Shown: positions 37,884 to 50,100 of the stretch, piece by piece
How the letters are laid out: every line of letters starts with the position of its first letter
Numbering within the stretch: position 1 is the stretch's first letter
DNA from: Phoronis australis
Lineage: Eukaryota; Animalia; Phoronida
Direction of reading: 5' to 3'
Assembly (NCBI GenBank): GCA_002633005.1
Contig: NMRA01000999.1
Span: 1 to 64,000, forward strand
DNA: 64,000 nucleotides
Position numbers and translations under genes: made by a program
Notes under the pieces: generated by a model
What the model saw: the letters and a program-made list of their open reading frames with translations, nothing else
What the model was told of the DNA's origin: nothing
The model's database searches: none

Positions 37884-38154
37884 ATGGGAAGGTCAAAGCA
37901 CGTGACCCGCCGTCAGACGCGAAGATTGACAGACAAAAAATCTTCAATTGAGATAGAGGAAGCTGCAGATGAAATGTATGAAAAGTTACGGATGAGAGCG
38001 TGGCTGGAAAAGCACATAAATAGTGGAAAAGTCACAGGACTGGACTGGGTCAATAGGGAAGAACGGATATTCCGTGTACCCTGGAAACACGGCTCTCTTC
38101 GCGGCTGGACCTTTCGTGACGTCGACATATTCAAACTATGGGCCCAACACACGG
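37884..38154 (+). CDS. IRF1: IRF DNA-binding domain, first coding exon
   Basis: ATG at 37884, donor ACGG|gtaggt; contains RAWL, LDWV, VPWKH, RGWT, KLWA. Confidence 0.95.
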
Positions 38155-41100
38155 GTAGGTCGTGAACCATTAAGCTTTGCACATCGCACCGTTCAGTCCA
38201 CACTGACTGTGTTGCAGTAATTCTTAAATAAGAATCGTAATGAGTCGACGAGATTCTGGCGTGATCTACCCCGCCCTAACCACCATTGCTGTGACCCAGA
38301 TCTCTGTGAATCTTTGTGAATTTTTTAACCCTTCGGCATTGAACAATCTTTAATAGGCAGGCTACAATGCGCCATGACAGGTTTCTCTCTCAGTCCGTTT
38401 TCCCCGGTTGTTAAGCGTTAAGTTGTTCCTTACCAAGTCTGTACATTGCATTTGTTTTGGGCGAAAAAAACAGAGTTATCCCTATTTTACATGTGGTCTG
38501 CTTATTTACGTTTTTTCAAATCGTTATTTCTTAATATTGAATTTATGCGAAATTAAAGTCGCAAATGGTACTGAAATGTCCCATAATTTGCAACAAAAAT
38601 AATTTGATTGATTAATTGATTCTTATTCAACACTCAGAAAATCGTTACATGATTGCAACACAACCTTGTGACTAAAGACATCGTCGTGCAAAATTATATG
38701 ATGGCACGTAAATTTCGTGTAATAATTTTTAATTTTCTGTTGCTTTTGGCTATTATTTTTTATTGTAAATTCTTTGATAAACACAGCATGATTATAGTTG
38801 TTTCTGTGAAAAGGAAGTTGCACGTGAAGAGTTTACAAAAATAATTCATTTTATTCCATATTATACACAAATTCGCGTTCATATAAGTTATAGTAAGCAT
38901 TCACAAACAATTAATGTGAATTTTACTCATACAAATATTTATGTTTGTTAATATGTAATGCATTAAGTTGAAGCGATTAATTATGTGACGTTATAATTGT
39001 TACTGTGCAATGCAGTCAAATAGTTTATTGAAAAATTAAATATTAAAATTGAGCCTTGTTGAATCAGTCGGTCGAAGCTTGTCTCAAAATTTTTTCGGAT
39101 TTCAGCACTTCGTAGCTTCATTTTTGTGAATTTAATATTTCACTTTGAGTTGAGTTTGATTATTTAATGTTTATGGAATTATTTTCAATATACCGTATTA
39201 GTTCATTACCCGACCGACTGGCACTTTAGATCGAGGTGTAAAGAAAATTACTGTCTTTTCTTACTAGAATTTTTTCACAGCCACATTTATGCTGGAAAAC
39301 ATATTCCATGATAAAATGTGCACGACCTGGCGTGTTTGTGCATTGCGCCTTAGTCTTACCACTCCGTTGCTAATATTGCTTCCAGTGTTGATTATCAAAA
39401 ACTCAGCCAGATATTACTGTATGTAGGTCAACTGAACAGTTGGTGTACGTGAATGGAATTCTCTCAATACCTAAACAATGACATTCTACAGACATTTCGA
39501 ACCTTTCAAATACCTATATAAAATTTTCCCCAGAAAATGTATCCCAAAATATGTCGTATCTTGCTCTGAATTCTTATGAGAAGCTATTCAACTTGGCCTG
39601 TATGTTCTACCCAAAATGCAACAGAAGGTCACCTACACTCAAACATGTGCGTACATAGCTATACACCGCGGCATCTGGGTCAAATAAACCACGGGGCAAT
39701 ATTTTCCGTATACAAAAATTCTGGTCACGGCAACATAAATTAACTGAATATATTTTTATGTCATGGTTAATTTCACTAAAATACACCTTCACAAAAACCC
39801 ACTTTGTGACAAAACGTAGAGTGTTGACGATTTGTTCAATATCGGTTGTACTGTACGTGTGTCGATTAAGGACGTTTTCCATTTTAATGTCGCATTCCTG
39901 TATTGCAGTATCATCCCTGACCGCGTTAATATCACAAAAATCAATAAGTGTGTGAAAATTGGAGGATTTTTTGTAGCAAAAACGTCCACCAGTTTATTTT
40001 TGCTTATGTCATTTTGCTTAATAAATTAAATATGAAATTTATTTTATTTCAAATAATGAAGATATTTTAATTGAATTATTTCATATCTGTCAACTCACAC
40101 ACATTTTTGGCACTTATTCATACATGAATACATAAATATTTACGTACCGTAAATTTTTGAGGCATTTCTGACAAAATTCATCTGAGTAAAGGATCTCTCT
40201 CCAATTAAAAAATATTTGTTTTTTGTTTTTTGTATTGCTTGTATCAAATATATATTAATTTTTTTAAAATAAGAAACTTAAGTTACCACTTAACTTGCAC
40301 CGTAACGTTTGATAGAACCAAATATGTAAATGTAATTTATTTCATTTTACAGTCTCACTACGTTGTACACGTCTACTTTTTATTGTTTTTAAACGATGAT
40401 CTGACGCGATACTGATTAGTTTCTAGATCACCGCGTTTAGCTGCACCGACGTTCCTGGTGGGACCTTTAGATAAGAGTAGGAATCAAGTAGATATATTAT
40501 GGTTAAACGAGGATCGCCGCAAACAAATGAAGTTCTATCCGCAAGGGTAAAAAGTCCCAAAATTTAATTTTACCTCCACAATTCATGGTCTATTGGTCAG
40601 AACGTGCTTTCATCTAATAATAAATTATAAAATCGAGTAAATAGAACGGATGAGGCATAAGATATTGTTAGATTTGTTTGCTTTCCTAGCTTAGGAAATC
40701 TTCATTCTATATTTTTCGGAATTGTCTTTTAAATTAATGCAACACTGATTAGTCGTTATGTTACTGCGTTCTGCAGCACTGACGTTCGTGTTGGGACCTT
40801 GAGATAGGATTTGGAATCACTGAGATATATTTTGGTCAAACGAGTATCACCGCTAACAAATGTAGTTTCTTACAATGTATGGGTAAAAAGTAACAAAAAT
40901 TAATTTCACCTCGACAATTTATGTCGTATTGCTCAGAACGTACTTTCGTCCACTAATAGAGTTTATAAAATCGAATAAATAGCACGGAGGCAACATAAGA
41001 TATTGTTTAGTTAATTTGCCTGTGTGTATTAGGAAATATTTATTTTATTTATTTCGGAATTATGTGTATGCGGAATTTAATATATGTATTTTTTCGATTA

Positions 41101-44100
41101 AATCATGTTAAGGAACTGCGTAAGTGTCGTGCTGTTGTATTTTTGACATGTAGTAAGAAGTTAACTTATTATTTTAATTATTTCATTGTGAAAAATATTT
41201 ATTGAACGCGAATTAAATCATCCCTTTAAATTAAAAAATATATATATTCCTCGAAGTCAACGGCAAGTTCATTTTTCCTTTCAAATTAATTACATGTGCC
41301 CTTTTCTGTCAGTGTCAAAGAGTACGTGAACCTGACCAGAGCTCAGAAAATAAGTGGGGTACACAAACGTTTGGTAACCTTTGGTAAACTGCGGTCGGAT
41401 ATTGTAACCTTGGCTGCTGCACAGAGTACAATAACACACGTTTACTGGAGTCATTTTAACTTTTGTGATATTGACCGCAATATCCTGAGCATCCTAAAGT
41501 GCAAATTGTGTCTGGGCGGCGTTGTATATTGCACAAAATGCCTGCACATCACAGAAAAATAGAAATAAAAATAAAAATCTTACCGACTCATTGGTTTACT
41601 TTGGTCTTTTGTTTTATTGTACGGAGATGTCAAATCATAATATCTCAGAAAACTAAAATTTATAAATCAATATTTTTTACACCAACACTTGAAGTCTTGT
41701 CTTTTATTTTATTTTTTTTTGTTCTGAGATGTCAAGTTAAATAAGTTTTTTTAACAATATACAGTGCTGTAAGTAATTATTTAAATAAGACGGGCCATAT
41801 TGCAATCATTTTATCATATCAAATTTTGATTAAAATATAAAATCTTTGGCAACAGAACTGCTTATGAAATACCCCTACTTGGCTGAGAAAATCTAAATAT
41901 TTTTTTTCAAAGCTCCGTGTTTATGCTTGTTAGTTAATTTTTTCGTTTGTCGTTAGTTTTTAAATAGATTAGATTGCTGGAAAATGTTGTATATTTAAAT
42001 AAATAAGAACAGAAGTGGGCGCTGCCGTTCTTTGATCGACCACATAAAAAAATCAAAACTCATGGAAATATACTAGAACATGACAATATGTTTTTTCTTT
42101 AATATAGTTTAATAACCAAAGCTGCTTATAGCTTACCTTTTAGGTGCCTTTCGCAAACTGTAGTTAAAAGTATGCAATGTTTTCAAACAATTGACAATTT
42201 TGCGGCTCGTTATTGTCGTGATAATGCACCATGAGATAACAGAATATTTCCCAAATCCAAGTTTGTGCAAGACCTTTTTGTGGTGCGATTTCGGAACTTT
42301 TTGTAACTGCATGTAATCCTTTACAGAAGTTTGGAGAAGTTAGAACCCACTTCAAGTCTCAAAACGTGCAAAGTACACTTGTTGAACATAGGACAAATAT
42401 TATCAGAAAAATAAACTACTATTTAGTCTGTCTTTCTCAGGCAACTGGGAAGTGACATTTAGACCAACGGGGTCGACCACGATTTTGGGCTTATTTTCAG
42501 AATTTTTCAGGATCTTGAGAACAACACAGGGTGTTATGATTTTAATGTAGAAAAGCAGCAAATGTCGTTCCACAAACTAGTATTCAAAACAGCAACAACA
42601 AAATAACTTTATGCATTAGTTTCTCAGTCCTTTTGTTAGTTAAACGTTTGACCATTATAGAAGCAAAGTGTTTTCGTATGATAATGTGTAGAAATAATAC
42701 TGAATTGATTTATTTTTTTTTGCAGTTAATGTTATAATTTTATCTTTGTATTCTATTCCTTACTTTTTGTTTACAATTGCGGAAACGTAGCTTGGGGTAT
42801 TTTTCATGTAAATAAACGATTACACGTTAATGGCTGAGTTTGAACATTGTCTGTAACCTAGGAGATCCCAAACTTCGAAATATGGATTTTTGAAATAAAT
42901 GTTGTCGTTTTCGAACACTAATTTTTTTGCAATTTTGCAATTTGTAATCTTCACGGCTTTAATATTAAATAGATTTATACCAGGAAAATCTTCAGATAGG
43001 CCGGAGAGAACATTTCACGTCGACGTCTTTATTATAATCGCTTACTTTGTGATCACTATGAGCAGAGAGACTGACCGTCACTGAAGTAGATGAAATTGAC
43101 TTTGCTGGAGTTTGATGAGGTGCCAAAAGTCGCGAGAAACGAAACTGCACTAATCATTTTAGACAGTTTACGTGTTTACACTACACACAATGTACGCATA
43201 GTGGTTTCCGTTCTATTCATTTGCACAATGTCTTGTTACTATCAAAACTGTTGGTCTCCGCCTCACCAGTAACAATGTTAGCAGAAGAAAACCTTTCACA
43301 TTGCGTTTTCTGATTCAGGGACGGACCCAGGACCCTACTCCTTCCCACATGTATGACCTCAATGGAAAATGCCATCGGCATGTAGAGCACAGATACGCGG
43401 ATATTTCATCTCTAAAACTGTGATTGCCCCCACCCCCATTTATGAGGTCTTAGATTCGCCAGTGATTTGCTTTTACACGCCAAAAGTCATGATTTAATCT
43501 CGTTCATATGAAAGTATATTTATGGAGCTTTCGAAACCGTTTCGAACGTCAAAAAATACCTGTGAGTTTCAACATTTAGAAAACTTGAAATGTCACCTTG
43601 ATTTATTTCTTTGAGACAACGTAACATTCTCGACAGTTCATTCAAAATTATAATCGTGTAAGTTGTTGGTAGGGTCAATGTACAATGCGCCCAAATAATT
43701 TACCTCGAACTTTCACAAAATTCATCTTTCAGACAAATACGACCCACAAAACGAGGACACCAAGCGATGGAAAGCCAACTTCCGTTGCGCGCTCAACAGT
43801 CTCCCGGATGTTGAGCGCGTGAAAAACACAAGATCATACGATAGCAAGGGAAAGAATGCCTACCGACTATACAAATTTATGGAGGAGAAAAGGAAAAAGA
43901 CAAAACGTAGGCTGAGTAAAATTACGACTGATCTCATCTTTTCTTTAAAAAACCTTGCATTCAAAAACAAAGTGTTGTTAATCGAGACGTTATGTAACAG
44001 CTATGTTTATGGCCATTATTATGATTTTGATTTTGTTATTACTATCATAAAATGATTATATTTGTCAAATTAATTATAACTTTATAAGTATTACAATATT

Positions 44101-47100
44101 TTTTACCTAAACATTATCAGAAATAAGATAACGAAGACAACTAATATCATATGTATAGCTTGTCATCTATTATCTATTCCCATAAGAAGCTAGTTTGGTG
44201 TATTTTGTGCAGTATTTTTCAACTAAGCCTGTTCTATTGAATGGTATTTCGGTTACACCCCCCTTTACCAATGGCATGTCGTTCCCATAGCGACCGGTTT
44301 GGAGTAGGCTCAAAGGGTGAATAGGTATCACGTGATCTCTAACCGAGACGTTTGTTGGACCTCACCCAGACCTGGATGCTAAACAAACAAAACAAAGGGT
44401 TCACTGGATTCACAAACAATGACCAACTGATGCCTTAACAATTGGGTTATATTACTCAAAAAGCAGGGCCATGGGAGGAGAACACATGAACAGAGCCTCC
44501 AGTCTGAGTTTTATACACTCAGATTATTAATGTGCTAGTTAAGAGTATTGTGTGCGTTAATTTGTTAATTTGTCTGGGGTCAAACCTCAAAAATCTGACT
44601 ACATCAGGGACATACTCAGATTTTTTTGAAATCGCGGATCAAGGATTTCTTAAAAAGGGGGACCCAAGTCAACAATTTGAAAAATCTAGATTTAATATAA
44701 CTAAAATCAAGAGGAAACGGGTGGTCCGGACCCCTTGACCCGCCTGGATCCGCCTAGGTACATGTGCGAACTGCCCAAAGTTGATTATTTTGTTTCTTGC
44801 GTTTCTCCAAGCGTTTTGTGACTAATTTAGTAGATCAGACTAATGGATTTCTGTCTTATGACTTTGATTTGTAGACTGCAGATTTTCTGGCACACAGTCC
44901 CCATAGCATCGTTTTGTGAAGGAGACTAATACATCCGGGTAGAGATTTTTAGCCCAAAGTAAAAAAGCAGTTCCATTGTTCAGTGTGAACCTTAATTAGG
45001 CTTTGCCTAATTCAAATATTGTTGAGCAACTTACTTAGAGCTATAATTTACTATTTGTTTTTGTGTCTTTTAGGGTGTGGAGGGCGCAGGAGGACATCCC
45101 TGAACCAGGTACGAAGGTGTCTATCGATTAACTATGATTGCATTTATACCGCGTATGCATCTTTATCTCAGTGATAAAGTGGTCCTTATACACTTCTATA
45201 CGCCTACCTTTCACTTACATGTGCAGGCGGATATACTTTGTATATGCGCATGGGTTTACTGTGTGTCCTGGATCTTTTTGAGAGCAATTTTCATTTAAAT
45301 TAATTTTCGCATTCACTGAACATTCGTCAACCTCTAACGGTTTGTAATGGACAAAATGAACTTCACGCTAGGCTAGTTGTGGCTGTGAGAAACCTCTTAG
45401 CACATCTGTTCGTATTACAAAGATACCCCTGAACTGTAGTCCTGTTCGTGAGATAGAGGCGTTCTTTGTTTTTATACCTGACTTGACTTTTCACAAAAGC
45501 GTCTGATATCGGCTCGTTTTGCGCTTTATGGCATACACTCGACTCAGAAACCTCTTCTCTACAAAATGGTTATCACAGTTCAAATCAGTTTCAATTCGTT
45601 ATATTTCTCCAGGTTCCCTTCAACGGCTGCACGTGCATGACAGCCAAATGTGAAAAACAAAATCTCACGGAAGACCGGGAAGACTGCGAAATGAGGACGA
45701 CAGGTAAATATCAAAGAAGAAACATGCGACGAGAGTTCACCATTTCAACGATAAAAATAGTTGCATTGGCGCTACTAACGGATTAACATTCTTCTTTGTC
45801 ATAATCTGGGCCCACTATCTCTGTACTCGAAATCGAACTCGATAATTTTTGTTCTACTTTTCTGCGAATTCAAGATATGTGTTAGTCAACCAGTCTCGAG
45901 TACATTATGGTTTACGCGGAAAAACTATTTAGTCAAAGTTTCCCAGCATTCAACCTGTAGCTTTGAGTTTTAACTTGACTGAAATGTCACGTGCTCACTT
46001 GAAATCCTTGCACTAGTTTGTTGCTGGAATCACAGGAGCCGTTAAGTGCGAACGTGGACTAGACACATGTCTGCGTAAACCATAGTATGCTCGGACTCTG
46101 AATAAAACAATTATCTTAAGTTCGCTCTAAAGTAGAATGGTAATTGTCAAAAATATTTTCAAGCTCGATTCTGAATACATACCTTGACCTTGGACGCGCT
46201 TGAAATTCAAGGTTACTTGTCGACCTCCGTACTTTTTCCGTATTCCACAGATGGGAGATAAATTTTGCATTGGCTGTTCAACCATTAGTCATTTTTTCTA
46301 TTTATTCTTCTAAAACAGTTCTTGTAAAATAAGCGCCGTCGCATTCCCCATTTCTGACGTACATGTCACTACGAACGCATTGAAATGTTATCATTGATAA
46401 ATCTTTAGGTTTTACAGATTTAAAACACAAATTTCAGTAGACGTTATTCCAATATAACTGACGCAAGGGTGATGGAAACAAACATGCCCTCACCGTTTTC
46501 ACTCCTAAGTTGCGACATATTTTGGCTTGTTCATCTTGTAGTACTCGACAGCTGCGAACAGCGCCCATTCTCGGAAGTGGACCAGACGCCTTCTTCCAGC
46601 CGTCGGTCGAGTTACCAACCCCAACAAAGCGTCGCGGAACTTGATCTGAACGGTAACAAAGTGCCAGCTATAAGCCATGAAGAGGAGGTGACAACATTGA
46701 GTGAGTAAAGACAGTGGCCAGGAGACTGTTCTTGTACCATGAAATTCTGTTACGAGATTTAGACTTTTAATTGTGGCTCCACAGTGCGGCAACATTTCAG
46801 ACTCGCCTCTGAAACTGGTCAAAATGAATGATAGTGGTCGACAACAATTTCTGAGATCAACCTGTGGACCAATACTTACGCGAGCCCTTTGTGTAAGTCG
46901 AGTGTAACCTGCTTCGCACTTAAGTGACCCTCTAAACGGGAAACTTTTCACTCTAGAATTGTAACTCAGTTTTGTATCAGCTCCTACTATTTCTGATTTC
47001 TTTGTAGCGCCATCGCCATCTTCAACCGGTATGTCAGACGAAGAAGTCTTGGAAGTAAGTTGAAATTACCTCGAAGTGTTTTACACAACAATTCAAACAT

Positions 47101-50100
47101 TAATGGACCTTGAACTATATAAAACGATAAAGCAAATTAAGTTCAGTGGTAGGAATAGACCACTCAACGGGTGCAAATGCAGTTGACTAAATATCTGATT
47201 TCCGACAGGTTAATCAACTAAAATGTCATCGACGACTAAGACCGTCGCCGAGGTGATTTTGGTTTTCATTGACCTCTGTCCACTAAAGCATGGGCCGCGC
47301 AACACTGAAATAAGTGGAGGGGAGCTATATCCCCCGGCCCCCTCTGGTGTGAAGGCCATGTAAAGGTGGGCATTTGACAGCAGGAATGACGTGCGTCGTT
47401 GTTCTAGTAACTAAATTATGCGTTCGAGTCAATGAAGGGAGGGGGGTTACTTAAACCAATTCAGAAATAAAACTTTGCGTTGCAGTTACAAATGTTGGGC
47501 TTCGAGATGTAAGCTGTGAACGTTGGGGCAATTGTCTGTGGACAACTCTCAGAGTTTTGTTCTAGTTTTCATGTATTTTGCCCTGTGATGGGTTATCGTT
47601 TGCGGAAGAGGCGACTTGGTTTCCGGAAGTTTGGTGTTAACAGCAAAATCAAATGTCTTTTTGCAGAGTACTGGGTCACGTGAGTCTCTTTCCTGTTGGC
47701 ACATATTTATCAATTATTAGTTTATTTACACTTAATCATACTATTGTCGTATCTGTGTGAGCATTGCGCATGCCGCTGGGATTTCGTTCACAACACGGTC
47801 ACGGTGTTGTTTCATCGGGAAAGATCGGTTAATTTCGTAGCTTCAAATATCTCATCGGAGATGAACGTGATTTGTAAAATTCTTCTGGCAAATCATTGTT
47901 CAGTTTGAAAGTCACGTGATAGTGATTCAGGTCAACATAATGCGAATCGTGCAACTTTTGAATGTTTTCATAAAACTCATGATAGCCTCTCACGCATTTC
48001 GTATAATTTTAGAGAATATTGTATGAAGCACAACGTGAAAGTTTCATACAAATCCAATCAGTCTTTATTTCCGGTTGCATGAAACAGTCCCAAACGGACT
48101 CGACTAAGTTCCCAAAATCTTCGCGTATTTGTTGTGTTCAACGCTCACAGATGTTACATTTTTCTATAATTTTATCTTTATTATGAGATCCTCTTTGATT
48201 AATGACATTTCGTAATGATGTAACTAAAAACTGAGCCCTTAATTAAGTCGTAATAATTAGGAACTATGTCCTTTAATGAGGTGCGTTGCATGAAAAGTTT
48301 TTTGCAATAGTATGATAATTTAACTTAGAGTTCACTCACGATCTGTAGCAAAGTCAAACATATGTAGTTATAACACTCAAACATCGTAAGAAAGGACAAC
48401 CAATGTTTTCTCAAGCCCTGAACGTGCATTGAGATGTAGGGAACTTAGTTGTGTCTCTATTTCGAGCTATATCAGGCAACCGGAGACTTGTTCTTTAATG
48501 GACGCTCGTATTTTCCGCGCGTGAAGTGCAGTGTACGCTATACGAACACGGCGCCGTGAAAACTGTTGACGATCAAAAATTACCAGCGCCATTTACGGGT
48601 AATACCATTCCACCCAGCGGCCAATGATACCGTGGCCTGCAGATGTTTTACATTACGCCATGTGTACGAAAAGCTACGAGAATACCCGAGGTGTCCCGGA
48701 TAGGGTTGTTTGTGTCCCTCCGCGATGACGCGCCGTTTGATTGGCTTCACTTCAATATTTTTAGTGATAAGCCGGCACTGTTGACTCACACACTAAGGTA
48801 AAAATCTTGATAGTCAACCAAGGCTAAGCGTCGTTATTGGCTTTGGGCTATTTTTAGCCCTAGTGTTTTATTTGCTGGTTATTAATTGAATTAAGCAGTC
48901 TTCTGGATCATGGCCATTGTTTCGCGCAAAATGAAGTGGGTTATCTCAAGTGTTTGTTCCTCGACCGCAATATCTGCGTGTTATCATTCCGCCCAAGTCA
49001 ATCATTAGTTAGTTCGACAATAGTCCGTACAGAAATTCTTTATGACTCAGGTCGGCAGGTATGAAATCAGTTTGCTTCTAAGAACAGATTATAAGCGAGT
49101 TTTAATCCAAACGAACGCGGTTTGCGTAACCCTGATTTTCTGGCATAGATAATTTCGAGTTATTGCACGAGCTTAAGTTACGGCTGTCCCAGTTCGATGA
49201 GAAGACTGGTTCTGAATATTATAATTATATGCACTTGTATGGCTGAAGGTACACGTGTACTAAAAATCGTCAAAAGATTTGCGAACCACATACTTTTTTT
49301 TAATCAGAGGTTTCACATCGTCAGGCGTACCATTGAATCATACGCACGAGCATCACATCTTACGCACGAACCAAGGCTATGAATCGTGTATAGGAACTCA
49401 TGAATTGTACATGCATCCACGAACCAAAACATCACACATGTGAACACAAAAATACGCATGCGCATCCCCTCAAGTCACCTGTTTGTGCACGTGACTCGAT
49501 GCTCGTGTGTATGATTTTTGTGGTCGTCATGTGGTTTTTGTTCGTATGCATGACTTTTGGGTTCGAGTGCGTGATTCGTTGGTTCTTAGGCATGATTCGT
49601 AGGCTCATAGGTGATTCGTGCTTAAGATGCGATCAAACCAACTCCTCAGCAGCGCCATCTATATGTTGCTTGCAGCCTCTCCGCAAGCAGTAACTGATGG
49701 CATAAACTGATGTATAAGTGTGTACTGGCATCAAAAATAAATTTGTATCATGATGGTCGTATTCCACGTATGCGAGTCAATTAACGCGGTGCCCTTGACA
49801 TTTAGGGAAATGGTCATAGAATGGTATCGAGTTATCTGTCAACCTCTCAAACTAAGAGCCTGGTGCTATAAATGGGATAGTTGAATAACCGATAACAAAA
49901 ATCCAAGAAATGAGATAACATTAACAGAAGTGTAGTGGATGATGCGTAATGGTAATTTGTAAATACTTTTGTCATTTCCTGATGACCTGTTGGTGAATGA
50001 AGGATTGCCAATATGGTTGTCACTTAAAATACTACAAAATAGTTATAAATAGGAACTTATCAACAGAGTGACTGGCCGATTAAAACATCCCGATCAGACA

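Noticed and set aside
44875-44938. AG...GT-bounded candidate IRF exon
   Set aside because: It has stop codons in all three frames.
46505-46951. 148-aa minus-strand ORF
   Set aside because: It is the antisense shadow of IRF exon 46542-46700 plus intron, with no domain features.
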